Part shown: positions 53,437 through 63,870 of the stretch, one piece after another
How the letters are laid out: every line of letters starts with the position of its first letter
How positions within the stretch are numbered: position 1 is the first letter of the stretch
NCBI GenBank assembly: GCA_024231955.1
Contig: JAAEPZ010000033.1
Coordinates: forward strand, 86,240 to 150,239
DNA from: a bacterium
GTDB taxonomy: Bacteria; Krumholzibacteriota; Krumholzibacteriia; JACNKJ01
Direction of reading: 5' to 3'
DNA: 64,000 bases
Position numbers and translations under genes: made by a program
The notes under the pieces: model-generated
Database searches by the model: none
Told to the model about the DNA's origin: nothing
Seen by the model: the letters and a program-made list of their open reading frames with translations, nothing else

Positions 53437-54179
53437 TGAAAATCAATTCGAAGACGACAACCAGGCGGAGATCCATCGTTCGCGGAGTACACATCATTCT
53501 CGCACTCCTTTTCCTGATGTCACCTTGTCGTGCCGAGGATACGGCAAGCCTGGCGGCGGTGATCAAGATCAGCGGCGAAGTCCAATGGCTGGAGAGGGAC
53601 AAGGAGGACTGGATGCCGGCCGAGGCCGGTCTCGTCCTGAACTCGGGCGATAAGCTGCGCACCGCCGTGGGGGCCAATGTGGCGGTCATGTTCCTCGATG
53701 ATCGCAGTCTCCTCAAGCTGGCGGAGAAAACCGAAGTAACCTTCAACGCCACGCGCGAGGGCGGAACCGTCTCCAAGCGGATTCTGATGAGCGCCGGCCA
53801 ATTGTGGGCCAAGGTCACCAAGGCCGAAAGTCCTCACTTCCAGGTCGAAACACCGACCTCGGTGGCGGCAGTCAAGGGCTCCGAGTTCTACGACATCGAG
53901 GATATTGTCGGGGGCAATACACTGCACGCCATCACAGGTCGCTACGACTACGGCAACGAATTCGGCTCCGTCGAACTCACGGCGGGACAGACCGGAACCT
54001 CCGACGGCAAATCCCCGCCCGGCAAACGGTCCACACGACCGGATGAGCTGCCCGGATTCGGCGGAGGCCTCCAGGCCTACGGCGGACAGGATCAGACGAT
54101 CCGCGTCGAGTTCATCGATGAAGAGGGCCGTGAGCGGATCCTCATCATCCCTCTGATCCGACCCGGCAACCAGGACTAG
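53436..54179 (+). CDS. FecR-domain protein
   Basis: TAATG overlap with the upstream gene; 'L.SGDKLRT....V.V.F.D.S...L...T.V', 'FQVETPTSVAAVKGSEF'. Confidence 0.88.
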   Translation: MKINSKTTTRRRSIVRGVHIILALLFLMSPCRAEDTASLAAVIKISGEVQWLERDKEDWMPAEAGLVLNSGDKLRTAVGANVAVMFLDDRSLLKLAEKTEVTFNATREGGTVSKRILMSAGQLWAKVTKAESPHFQVETPTSVAAVKGSEFYDIEDIVGGNTLHAITGRYDYGNEFGSVELTAGQTGTSDGKSPPGKRSTRPDELPGFGGGLQAYGGQDQTIRVEFIDEEGRERILIIPLIRPGNQD

Positions 54180-54192
54180 AAAGGACTGCCCG

Positions 54193-56646
54193 ATGCATCG
54201 ATCCAAGACGATGACTTTGATGTGCCGCTCGCTTTATCTGTTTCTATTGCTCATGTCCTGGTCTCTGATCGCGGGCGCGGCCGAAACGCCATGCGAGGAT
54301 GTCGTGTTCAGTCATCTGGCGCCCAGTGAAGCGCCCGCGGGCCTGGATCTGACGATCTCCGGCCTCATCTCCGGTCTGAACGACGGTGATGCGATCCGGA
54401 TTCTCTACCGTCGGCTGGATGCCGGCGAGTTCATTACGTTGGAGACCTGGCTTACGGGCGGCTTGTTCGATGCCGCCATCCCGGCGGCGGTCATCGCGCC
54501 GCCCGGACTCGAGTACTACATCGAGGTCGGCGATGAGACCGGCGATATCTGCGCCTATCCTGAGGGCGCGCCGATCGATCGGGTGTTCGAAGTTCAGGTG
54601 GACAGCGCCGAAGGCGAGCAGGCGGGGTCGGGAGGATCGCCGCCGGCCATAACGCAGATCGCACCCGATGTCGGTCTGCCGCTTGCGGCGGCGGACCTGG
54701 TCGTCGTCATCGGATTCAGCGATCCCGACGGAGATCTCGCGCCCGAGGGGATCATCTTGAAAGCGGGTGGGCGGGACGTCACGCATGAAGCGACCATCAG
54801 AGCCGATGTCCTCACCTGGATTCCGGACGCCGCTCCCACGGACGGCCTGCTCGATCTGACCTGCGAAGCGCGTGACGACGCAGGCAACGCGACGCGACTG
54901 AGGACGACGATTCATCTGAACCGAAACGCCGCGGCGGTAATCACTCCACAACCGGAAGCCGACCGCTCTCGAGGTCCCAAGGGTCGCATCAGCCTGAATT
55001 CCCTCTTCACGGAGCTGGAGGGGGACGGAGCGGTGAACCGGCAGGAGCCGGTGCGGGTGATCGATGGGCGGCTTGACGCCCGGGGACAGCTCGGGTTCGT
55101 CAAGTATAGGGCGAAAGCCTTCATGACCTCCGACGACCGTTCCGAAGTGCAGCCCCGCAATCGCTTCCAACTCAAATTGACCGCCGGCCCCCTGTCGGCG
55201 AATCTCGGTGATGTGAATCCCCGCTTCAACCCTCTTCTGATCTGGGGACAGCGAGTTCGCGGCGGAGAGTTGGCCCTTAATCTGCAACGCTTTCAGACGC
55301 AGTTGGTCTACGGCGCCATGACCCGCGCTGTGGAGGGGGCGGGACACGATTCGCTGGACATCAGCGCCCCCGACGGAATCAGGACGATCATCGACCAGGC
55401 CGGAACCTATCGACGTGATCTCATGGGTCTCCGTCTCGGTTTCGGCTCCGGCCGCGTCATGGGCTTCGGGCTTGAACTTCTCAAGATCAAGGACAAGATC
55501 GAGTCGATCGAATACGGTCTGCTCCCGAAGGACAATGTCGTTCTGGGCACCGATCTGAAGCTCCGCCTCTTCTCCCGCCGTCTTCAGATCAACACCGCGG
55601 CGGCACTGAGTATCCTGACCAACGACATTACCGGCGGCGCTCTCACGAAGGCCGAGGCGGATTCCACCTTCGGTATCGACCTGCCCTTCGATCCGGAAAA
55701 CTTCGAGAACCTGTTGGTCATCAATTCAAGTACGGCCCCGATCGAAATGAGCGGCCTGCCGAATCTGGCGGTGCAGAGCACGATCAAAGCGTTTCTCTCC
55801 GTCAATCGTCTGGAGTTGCGGTTCCGGCGCATCGGCGCGTCATACTACTGCCTGGCTACAAATACGCTGCCGCGTGATCAGCTGGGCATCCGCTTCCGCG
55901 ACGACATCTCTCTCCCGGGCAAGGGGATCCGTCTCTCCGCCGAGTTCGAGACCTATCATGACAATCTGGAAGGGGACCAGGATCACACGCTGACGACCCG
56001 CATCTACGCCGGCGATATCGCCTACCGCCCCCGCGGGACGGGCGCTCTTTCATTTCTACACACACGTCTGCGTCTTCATGAGCAGTCGAATGGCGAGCGT
56101 GATGAGGACGAGGGGGTTCGCAACAGAACCCTGCAGCTCTCGCTCAATGGCAGTCTACGCTTGGCGTTGGGCCCGCATTCACAGCACCTGAATGCGAGCA
56201 CGCACCTCAGCCGGCGGCTGGACGACATCTCCGACACGGGGGAGTCCAGCGGTCTGAACATGTTCCTGCAGTCCCGCACGGGCATTTCCGGTATGCCGTT
56301 GACCATCGGCCTGATGGCGGGCAGAACCGCCAACAGCTACCCCGGGCTGATCGGGCCGGACGGCGAGGAGGGTCTGGACGCGAACTTCATGACGCTGCAG
56401 GCCAGCGCGAACTATCTCTCGTCAAAGCACCCAATCCGTTTCATCTGGCGTCAGGTAAACGGTGAGGGCACTCTGTCCGGCGCAGGTTCGAGTCGATCCA
56501 CTTTCAGGCTCGAAGGCGAATACCATCTCGAGGGAGGTGTCGCCCTCACCGGTCGACTCGGCATGGCGCAATTCGACGATGAATCGGACGCCGATCTCGA
56601 TTATGACGAAGCCTTCCTCAGCCTTGGCCTGGAGCAGCGCTTCTGA
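54193..56646 (+). CDS. outer-membrane protein: N-terminal Ig-like domains + C-terminal beta-barrel
   Basis: Signal peptide; 'IPA.......LEYYIE' Ig module; 'LGDVNPRF....RVRG' and alternating strands; terminal LGLEQRF. Confidence 0.78.
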   Translation: MHRSKTMTLMCRSLYLFLLLMSWSLIAGAAETPCEDVVFSHLAPSEAPAGLDLTISGLISGLNDGDAIRILYRRLDAGEFITLETWLTGGLFDAAIPAAVIAPPGLEYYIEVGDETGDICAYPEGAPIDRVFEVQVDSAEGEQAGSGGSPPAITQIAPDVGLPLAAADLVVVIGFSDPDGDLAPEGIILKAGGRDVTHEATIRADVLTWIPDAAPTDGLLDLTCEARDDAGNATRLRTTIHLNRNAAAVITPQPEADRSRGPKGRISLNSLFTELEGDGAVNRQEPVRVIDGRLDARGQLGFVKYRAKAFMTSDDRSEVQPRNRFQLKLTAGPLSANLGDVNPRFNPLLIWGQRVRGGELALNLQRFQTQLVYGAMTRAVEGAGHDSLDISAPDGIRTIIDQAGTYRRDLMGLRLGFGSGRVMGFGLELLKIKDKIESIEYGLLPKDNVVLGTDLKLRLFSRRLQINTAAALSILTNDITGGALTKAEADSTFGIDLPFDPENFENLLVINSSTAPIEMSGLPNLAVQSTIKAFLSVNRLELRFRRIGASYYCLATNTLPRDQLGIRFRDDISLPGKGIRLSAEFETYHDNLEGDQDHTLTTRIYAGDIAYRPRGTGALSFLHTRLRLHEQSNGERDEDEGVRNRTLQLSLNGSLRLALGPHSQHLNASTHLSRRLDDISDTGESSGLNMFLQSRTGISGMPLTIGLMAGRTANSYPGLIGPDGEEGLDANFMTLQASANYLSSKHPIRFIWRQVNGEGTLSGAGSSRSTFRLEGEYHLEGGVALTGRLGMAQFDDESDADLDYDEAFLSLGLEQRF

Positions 56647-56647
56647 C

Positions 56648-58771
56648 ATGAGCCCAAGGCAACTGGCAGCCAAGACGAAGATGCAGTATCGATATCTGCA
56701 CTGGTCTCACCTGGGGATCGCCCTCCTGGCGGTGGTGCTCTTCTTCCTGGCGTCCCACAGCGCTCTGTTGCGCAACGCCGAGTTCAACACCCTCGACGCC
56801 AGACTCAAACTGAGAGGGCCCCTGCCGACACCCGGACATACGGTGATCGTCGGGATAGATCAGCAATCCTACGACGATCTGGGACAGGTCTTCCCCTGGC
56901 CGCGACGCTACTACGCCAAACTTCTCACGAACCTGACCCGGGCGGGCGCGCGCGTGGTGGTTTTCGATCTGATCTTCGATGCGCCGGGTGCCGATCCCGA
57001 AGGCGACCGCGCATTCGCGGAGGCCATCACAGCACACGGCCGGGTGGTTCTTGGCGTGAAACAGGAGACCCTGCAGGGAGAGATCCTCGGCAAGCGGCTG
57101 AGTTATCCCGTGTCACCCCTGCGGGAGGCGGCCGCCGGCCTGGGATTGGTGGATCGCCTTGAGGACGGCGACGGCTTCACGCGCCGCTATCGTCTCGCGG
57201 TTCCCACCGACGACGGGATCACCTATTCTCTGGGTCTGGAGGCTCTGCGTCTCTATCATGCAGCTTCCGGCGAGATTGATATTGTCGATGAGGGGCGAAC
57301 CGTGAGGATCGGACCCGACAGAATCCCCCGTCTCGACGCCACGAGCTTCGCCATCGACTATCTCGGCGGACCGGGGACGATCTCCACCTACTCCTTCTCC
57401 TCGGTCATTGATGACGCCACTTTCCAACTTCCGGCGGGGATGGATATCGATGCTTTCGAGTTTCAGAAGGGTCAATTCGCGGACAAGATCGTCATCGTCG
57501 GCGCTACCATGCCCGAGCTGCAGGACTTCATTCGCTCCCCCTTCTTCGAGTCCGCATCCGGCCAGTTGCGCCTGACGCCCGGCGCGGAAATGCACGCGAG
57601 CGCCATCGAGACGGTGCTCGCCAACAATCACTACCGACGACCGTCCCCCTGGCAGCGCCTGCCGCTGATCCTCCTGCCGGTTCTGCTGGTGCTCATCGCC
57701 ACCATTCGGTTCAAACCGCTCGTGTCGCTGTCGCTGGCCGTGGTGCTCGTCGCGGGCTTCATCGCCCTGGCCTTCTGGCTGTTCATCGCTAATCGTTTCG
57801 TTCTGGAGATCGTGGCCACCGCGGGCGCAATGATCTTCTGCCATGGCGGCAGCACGACCTACTTCTTCGTGAAGGAGCGTCAGGAGCGTCGACGCATCAG
57901 GGGGATGTTCGCCATGTACGTGCCCGACAAAGTGATCAAGGTGCTCTACGAGAATCCTCAACTGATGAACCTGGGCGGCGAGGAGCGGGAGCTCACGATC
58001 CTCTTCTCGGATCTGGCCGGTTTCACCCCTTTCTCCGAGGGATTGTCACCTACCGAACTCGTCACCCTGCTCAACGAATATCTGAGCGAGATGACCGACA
58101 TCGTGCTCGCTCACGATGGTATCATCGACAAGTACGAAGGCGATCTGATCATGGCGGAATTCGGAGCTCCGCTGCACGATCCCGATCATGCCCTGAAGGC
58201 CTGTCAAGCAGCCCTCCAGATGCAGGAGCGGCTGGCCGAGTTGCGCACCCTCTGGCGGGAGCAGGGACGCGAGCCTCTCTTCGCGCGCATCGGAGTCAAC
58301 ACGGGTAGTGTCGTTCTGGGCAACATGGGCAGCCGCACCGTGCACGATTACACGGTGCTCGGCGACGCCGTGAATCTCGCCTCGCGGCTGGAGGGTGCGA
58401 ATAAAATCTACAGGACATCGATCATGATCTCCGAATCCACGCAGGCTCAGACCGGAGACTCTCTGCCGGCGAGGGAACTGGATCGCATTCGCGTGAAGGG
58501 GAAGGCGCGACCGGTCACGGTTTTCGAATTGCGGCCCGCGGTGACGTCCGACGAGCGAAACGCCGAGGACACGCTGCTTGCCGAATATGACGCGGGTTTA
58601 AAGGAGTACAGGGCGGGACGTTGGCAAGAGGCCGAGGCTCGCTTCCGTGCGGCGCTCGCCTGCAACCCCGAGGATGGTCCCTCCCGGGAATTCCTGGCCA
58701 GGGTTCAACGCTTCGCCGCAACGCCCCCTGACGGAGACTGGAACGCCGTCTTCAACCTGCGGGGGGAATAG
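56648..58771 (+). CDS. CHASE2-domain class III adenylate cyclase with C-terminal TPR
   Basis: IVGID..S....FPWPR..YA, D.DG..RR, PG.E.HA CHASE2; 3 TM; LFSDLAGFT, DKYEGD, YTVLGDAVNLASRLEG, VKGK. Confidence 0.95.
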   Translation: MSPRQLAAKTKMQYRYLHWSHLGIALLAVVLFFLASHSALLRNAEFNTLDARLKLRGPLPTPGHTVIVGIDQQSYDDLGQVFPWPRRYYAKLLTNLTRAGARVVVFDLIFDAPGADPEGDRAFAEAITAHGRVVLGVKQETLQGEILGKRLSYPVSPLREAAAGLGLVDRLEDGDGFTRRYRLAVPTDDGITYSLGLEALRLYHAASGEIDIVDEGRTVRIGPDRIPRLDATSFAIDYLGGPGTISTYSFSSVIDDATFQLPAGMDIDAFEFQKGQFADKIVIVGATMPELQDFIRSPFFESASGQLRLTPGAEMHASAIETVLANNHYRRPSPWQRLPLILLPVLLVLIATIRFKPLVSLSLAVVLVAGFIALAFWLFIANRFVLEIVATAGAMIFCHGGSTTYFFVKERQERRRIRGMFAMYVPDKVIKVLYENPQLMNLGGEERELTILFSDLAGFTPFSEGLSPTELVTLLNEYLSEMTDIVLAHDGIIDKYEGDLIMAEFGAPLHDPDHALKACQAALQMQERLAELRTLWREQGREPLFARIGVNTGSVVLGNMGSRTVHDYTVLGDAVNLASRLEGANKIYRTSIMISESTQAQTGDSLPARELDRIRVKGKARPVTVFELRPAVTSDERNAEDTLLAEYDAGLKEYRAGRWQEAEARFRAALACNPEDGPSREFLARVQRFAATPPDGDWNAVFNLRGE

Positions 58772-58785
58772 CCGCAGGGGACGGT

Positions 58786-60069
58786 CTACTCCTCGAAGAT
58801 CGGCAACCGCACGATGAACGTGCTGCCCACGTTCTCGACACTCTCCAGCGCCAGCTGCCCGTCAAAACGTTCGACGATATTCTTGATGCTGGCCAGGCCC
58901 ACGCCGCTCCCCGGGATGCCGTGCTTCGAGGCGTTCGTCGCGCGGAAGAACTCCTTGAAAAGATGCGGTATGTCCTTCTCGGGGATACCGATCCCCGAAT
59001 CCCGGACTTCAAGCTCGGCCCAACCCTCGAGACACTTCAGACTCACCATGACCTCGCCCTCCCGGGTGTACTTGACCGCGTTGGAGATCAGGTTCGAGAG
59101 GACCAGGTTGCAGCCTTTGACGTCGATGCGGATATTCAGAGGTTCCGCGGGCAGGTCGAGAGAGAGGCGCACCCCCTTCTGGTCGGCCTGCGGTCGGTAC
59201 TGCTCGCAGACCTCACCGGTGAGCGCAGCCAGATCCAGCGCGACGATCTCGCTCATGGCCTCCCCGGACTTCACCTTCGCCAGCACCAGGATCTCCGAGA
59301 TGAGCTCCAGCATCTCGTCCATCCGCGCAGCGACACGGTCATGAAGATGGGTGACGGTCTCGGGCAGATCCTTTTGATCCTGGAGCAACTCCGTCATCAT
59401 TTTCGTTGCGGCGGCGGGTGATTTCAGTTCGTGGACCAGTACGCGCATGAACTGCGCTTTCTCCTGGTCGAGACGCTTCAAAGATGCCAGATCGTCATAG
59501 AGGCGTGCGTGATAGATCGCATAGCCCACAAGCCTCGCCACACTGGTCAGCTGCAGGAGATCCGCATCCCGGAAGGGCTCACCCTTGCTGTTGATCACCT
59601 GCACGACCCCCACCACATCGCCCTTGAACATTGCGGGCGCGCACAACACATCCCTCGTATGGAAACCGTTGATCTCGTCCCAGGAGCGATCGAACTCAAG
59701 CTCGGGCGAGATGCCGCTAAGATCGCTGTAGGCGTCCGGAACCACGAATGCCCGACCTGACAGCGCACAATAACCGGCCAGCGAACTCGGGCGGATCGGC
59801 ACTTTGATGGTCCGCTCGACGTTGCCGATCACCGCGATCGAATTCAACCTCTCGGTCGCGGAATCCAGCAGGTAGACGGTGGTCCGCTCCGCGTTCATGT
59901 CCGAGCAGACGATGCCGGCCACTTCGCGGAGCACGACGGGGATGTCCACATCCCCGATCATGCGATCGTACGTCTCGAAAAGTGCCTCGTGTGCGGCGAT
60001 ACCGCTTTTAGCGACCTGCAATGTGGCGGCTACGGCGGCCCTCGATCCCATCGGCCTGTCTGGCTTCAT
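58786..60069 (-). CDS. cytoplasmic GAF histidine kinase
   Basis: GAF 'VPDAY....FD.S.D...GF.TR..LCAP...VQVIN'; HELKSP, NLISNAVKY, DSGIGI, GSGVGL. Confidence 0.92.
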   Translation of the reverse strand: MKPDRPMGSRAAVAATLQVAKSGIAAHEALFETYDRMIGDVDIPVVLREVAGIVCSDMNAERTTVYLLDSATERLNSIAVIGNVERTIKVPIRPSSLAGYCALSGRAFVVPDAYSDLSGISPELEFDRSWDEINGFHTRDVLCAPAMFKGDVVGVVQVINSKGEPFRDADLLQLTSVARLVGYAIYHARLYDDLASLKRLDQEKAQFMRVLVHELKSPAAATKMMTELLQDQKDLPETVTHLHDRVAARMDEMLELISEILVLAKVKSGEAMSEIVALDLAALTGEVCEQYRPQADQKGVRLSLDLPAEPLNIRIDVKGCNLVLSNLISNAVKYTREGEVMVSLKCLEGWAELEVRDSGIGIPEKDIPHLFKEFFRATNASKHGIPGSGVGLASIKNIVERFDGQLALESVENVGSTFIVRLPIFEE

Positions 60070-60208
60070 TGGAATTCCGTTTCGACGGTATTGTTGAGCT
60101 CGTTATAGCTCCGATGTCCGTGATTTTTCGATTATACCGCAATTACAGAATTAAAAACAGTCGATTCTGAATGATGCCGGCGTGGAGTTGCTCGATCTCG
60201 GCTACGGC

Positions 60209-60245
60209 TTCGCCCACGAAGATGCTCCGCTTCTTCGTGGGCGAA
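60209..60245. repeat. 14-bp inverted repeat (REP/terminator-like)
   Basis: TTCGCCCACGAAGA ... TCTTCGTGGGCGAA. Confidence 0.65.
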
Positions 60246-60332
60246 CCGCGCCAGGAAGCGACAGTGTCGACACCTCCCGGCTGACAGCTTCGACTGCAAG
60301 GTTATCGAGCGGGAGGTGTTGGCGATATCCGT

Positions 60333-62072
60333 TTAGCGGGATTTGATGCCGATGCAGGTTTCGGAGCCATCGGTTGCAACTGTTTCAAAGCCGATGTTTG
60401 GTTCCGGAATATCAAGCACATCATAATAAGCACTACCCCAGGCCACCACCGATCCATCTGATCTGAATCCTAAGCTGAAATAATTACCGGCAACAACAGC
60501 CGTGAAGTCATTGTTGGGCGATGGTACATCGCATTGACCATATCTATTATTTCCCCAGGCGACAATGGACCCGTCGGACTTCAACGCCAGGCAATGCGCT
60601 CTACCTGCACTGATCGCAATGATGTTGGTGTTGGAGGCTGGGACTCCAATCGCTCCTCCCCATGAAACGACAGTGCCGTTCGATTTGAGAGCGATGCAAT
60701 AATAATCACTTATACCAACCTGAACATACCCGGTATTCGGCTCCGGGATAGCAAAATAGGCATAGCTGGGGTCACCCCAGGCGACGATTGCTCCATCGGC
60801 TTTCAAGGCAAGGTTGAATCCGCGATGGGCTGCGATCGCTACGTACCCGGTATTGGGCTCAGGGATATCGCACTGTCCGTAGGCGTTATCCCCCCAGGCG
60901 ACAATCGATCCATCTGTTTTCAATCCCAGATTGTGATCATATCCATGAGCAATCCCGACGAAATCCATATTGGGCTCCGGGATATTGTATAGATCCACGG
61001 AACCAGCACCTCTCCCCCAGGCTGAGAGCGACCCGTCCGCATGGAGAGCAAGATGATTATAATCCCTATCTACAGCAACAGCCGTGAATTCCATATTCGA
61101 CTGCTGTATGAAGCACTGGCTGGAACCATTATAACCCCAGGCCACAACCGTTCCGTCTCTCTTCAGGCCAACATTGCAATACCCCCCTGCGGATATCGAC
61201 AGGAAACCCGTGTTTGGCTGAGGAACATCGCACTGGCCTTCATCGTTGCCGCCCCAGGCAACAACGGAACCATCCGACTTCAAGCCCAGGCTATGATATC
61301 TACCGGCGGCGACAGCAACGAAATCTCCGTTGGGTACGGGGACGGCCCATTGACCGTATGCGTTATTGCCCCAGACGGTTATCGCACCATTTGACCTCAA
61401 ACCCAGACAATGCCCCCATCCCGCGGCGATTGCGGTGAATCCGGAATTGGGTTCAGGGACATCATATAGGCCATTATCACGCCCCCAAACGATTACCGAA
61501 CCATCCTCTTTGAGACCAAAGCCGTTGTACTCACCTGCGGCAATCGCAGTAAACCCGGTGTTCGGCGCGGGAACATCGCATTTACAATATGAGTTTTCCC
61601 CCCAGGCGACAATCCTACCATCGATTTTCAAACCAAGGCTGAAATCATAACCTGCAGCAGCCGCAATGAAATCGGCGTTGGGCATGGAGACATCACATTG
61701 GCTGTCACGGTTATCCCCCCAGGCCATAATTGTCCGGTCTTCAGTCAAAGCCAGATTGTGATATCCTCCCGCAGCCAGCGCCACGATGCCGGCACTCACA
61801 TCCGGTACCTGACACTGATTGTAGCCGTTATACCCCCAGGCGACAGCCGATCCGTCCGACTTCAAACCCAGACAGTGGCCACTCCCCGCGGACACCGCAA
61901 TGAGATCCCGATAGGCGCTCGGCTCCAGAATCACCTGGCGGCCCCAACCGACAAGGTAATTGCCCGATTGTCCGCCGCCGCTGCCGGGATCGGTAGGCGA
62001 TGAACAGCCCGTGGGCAGAAGTATGAGCATGAGACAGGCAATAATCACTGTCGGCGCAAGATATCCAGGCAA
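60333..62072 (-). CDS. RCC1/BLIP-II-like repeat lipoprotein
   Basis: Lipobox-like LPTGC; ~13 repeats of 'AWG.N.YGQCDVP.PN.GF.AIAAG..H.LGLK.DG'. Confidence 0.88.
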   Translation of the reverse strand: MPGYLAPTVIIACLMLILLPTGCSSPTDPGSGGGQSGNYLVGWGRQVILEPSAYRDLIAVSAGSGHCLGLKSDGSAVAWGYNGYNQCQVPDVSAGIVALAAGGYHNLALTEDRTIMAWGDNRDSQCDVSMPNADFIAAAAGYDFSLGLKIDGRIVAWGENSYCKCDVPAPNTGFTAIAAGEYNGFGLKEDGSVIVWGRDNGLYDVPEPNSGFTAIAAGWGHCLGLRSNGAITVWGNNAYGQWAVPVPNGDFVAVAAGRYHSLGLKSDGSVVAWGGNDEGQCDVPQPNTGFLSISAGGYCNVGLKRDGTVVAWGYNGSSQCFIQQSNMEFTAVAVDRDYNHLALHADGSLSAWGRGAGSVDLYNIPEPNMDFVGIAHGYDHNLGLKTDGSIVAWGDNAYGQCDIPEPNTGYVAIAAHRGFNLALKADGAIVAWGDPSYAYFAIPEPNTGYVQVGISDYYCIALKSNGTVVSWGGAIGVPASNTNIIAISAGRAHCLALKSDGSIVAWGNNRYGQCDVPSPNNDFTAVVAGNYFSLGFRSDGSVVAWGSAYYDVLDIPEPNIGFETVATDGSETCIGIKSR

Positions 62073-62323
62073 CTTCGTCTCCCCTTTTCCTGATTCAATA
62101 AATCCTATCCTACCTGATATATACTATCGACACACCCCATATCAACGTATTCGGTTGGGAAATGGCGGAACCAGTATTCGGCATGCCTACAGCAACCGGT
62201 ACTGGCGGTCCACCTGGCGAATGCTCACTTGCGACAATTCCGGGTTGGGTCTATGCTCTCGGCACTGCTCTCCGACGCGTCGCATCCAGGGCGCGCACCC
62301 TCCCGTAACCGACCGGAGCCGAC

Positions 62324-63097
62324 ATGAAGGATCAATCCACCGAAAGTCACCTGGCGCTGTTTATCGACTTCGACAACGTTGCCATCAGCAAGGCCACACG
62401 CGGCAAAAAGAAGAAGTTCAACATCGGACCGGTGCTTGATCGGCTGCTGGAGAAGGGTAAGATCGTCAGCAAGAAAGCCTACGCCGATTGGTCGCGCTAC
62501 AAGGAGGACAAGGATGAGCTGCACAGCGCGGGCATCGAGTTGATCGAGATCCCCCGGCCGCAGATTTCGGGCAAGAACAGTGCGGATATCCGGCTGGTGG
62601 TCGACGCCATGGAGCTGAGTTACGCCAAGGAGCACATCGACACCTACGTGATCATCTCGGGCGACAGCGACATCACGCCTCTGGTCAACAAGCTGCGCGA
62701 GAACCGGCGCTTCGTGATCGGGATGTCGCTCAAGGAGGCGGCGAGTCGGTTGCTGATCGATGCCTGCGACGAGTTCATCTTCGTCGAGGATCTGGTCACC
62801 GAGCAGGCCCCGCCGCTGGCGATGGCGAAGATCCCCAAGGGGAAGCAGAAGGTGTTCAACCTGCTTCTCGCCACGGTCAAGGCGCTGCTCCGCGAGGGGC
62901 GCGGCACGCTGTACTCGTCGCTGGTCAAGGACACCATGAAGCGCAAGCAGCCCACCTTCAACGAGCAGGGGTTCGGCTACTCCACCTTCGGGGATCTGCT
63001 TGAGGATGCCGTGAAGCACAATCTGATCGAACTCACCCGCGACCAGTCCGCCGGCGGCACGTTTGTCGTGAAGGGGTTGGGCTCGAAGGGTAAATAG
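62324..63097 (+). CDS. NYN (LabA/DUF88) domain protein with C-terminal OST-HTH/LOTUS
   Basis: ALFIDFDN, AYADW, GKNSADIRLVVDAM, SGDSD, CDEFIF; 'PTFNEQGFGYSTFGDLLE'. Confidence 0.92.
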   Translation: MKDQSTESHLALFIDFDNVAISKATRGKKKKFNIGPVLDRLLEKGKIVSKKAYADWSRYKEDKDELHSAGIELIEIPRPQISGKNSADIRLVVDAMELSYAKEHIDTYVIISGDSDITPLVNKLRENRRFVIGMSLKEAASRLLIDACDEFIFVEDLVTEQAPPLAMAKIPKGKQKVFNLLLATVKALLREGRGTLYSSLVKDTMKRKQPTFNEQGFGYSTFGDLLEDAVKHNLIELTRDQSAGGTFVVKGLGSKGK

Positions 63098-63173
63098 CGG
63101 ATCGGATGATCGTCGAGGAGATCACTACCCCGCTATCGCCGCCGGACCGGGTATCGCAGTCGAAGTGCGAGGC

Positions 63174-63791
63174 CTACCTGCAATCTGCCGCGAGCTTTCG
63201 ACCCAGTTTGACCGCACGGGCGAAATAGCGCTCGACGCCCGTGTGCCATACATCACCGGCATACAGCTCCCCGACCGTCTTGGCGTTCAGCGAATCCTTG
63301 ATGACGCCCTTGATCTGCGGCGTTGCCCAGTTGCACATCCTCTTGAACCGTCCGGGAATCATCCCCGATACGGCCAGGACAACAGCTTTTCTCCTCTTGT
63401 CCGACCGGGGAGCGGGGCAACCCTTCACGATCAGATAGCTCTTCTCGGGTTTCGCAAAAGTCCAGCATATCCGCTCGAGAAAAGACATCATCAGTGCCGT
63501 CGCAAATCCCATGTGGACCGGAGTGCCCACGATCAGAGCATCCGCCCACAGTATGTCCTGACCGATACCGTCCATGTCATCACGAATCACACAGCGGGCG
63601 ATGGGACCGTCGGTATCGCTTTTCCAGCAGGTCAGACAATCCCGGCAGTGACCAATTTCGTGATCAGCGAGATACAGTTTTTTGATCGACACATCGGGGG
63701 ACTTCAGCAGCACACCCTCAATAGTCTTGTCCACCAGCGTATCGGTGGCCTTGCCCTTGCGCGGGCTGCCGACGATTGCTAGAAGATTCAT
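63174..63791 (-). CDS. flavodoxin-family FMN reductase / iron-sulfur flavoprotein-like
   Basis: IVGSPRKG, CRDCLTC...C.I.DD, GTPVH. Confidence 0.85.
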   Translation of the reverse strand: MNLLAIVGSPRKGKATDTLVDKTIEGVLLKSPDVSIKKLYLADHEIGHCRDCLTCWKSDTDGPIARCVIRDDMDGIGQDILWADALIVGTPVHMGFATALMMSFLERICWTFAKPEKSYLIVKGCPAPRSDKRRKAVVLAVSGMIPGRFKRMCNWATPQIKGVIKDSLNAKTVGELYAGDVWHTGVERYFARAVKLGRKLAADCR

Positions 63792-63870
63792 TACGCCCTC
63801 CTGCTCTGGATTAACTCTGCGGCTGCCGACGCACCGGGCTGGCGCCACCAACATCCGCTTCCGGCGCCGT

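Noticed and set aside
62324-63097. NYN protein as a toxin or defence nuclease
   Set aside because: Common NYN-LOTUS architecture with host-like codon usage, outside the island and with no partner gene.
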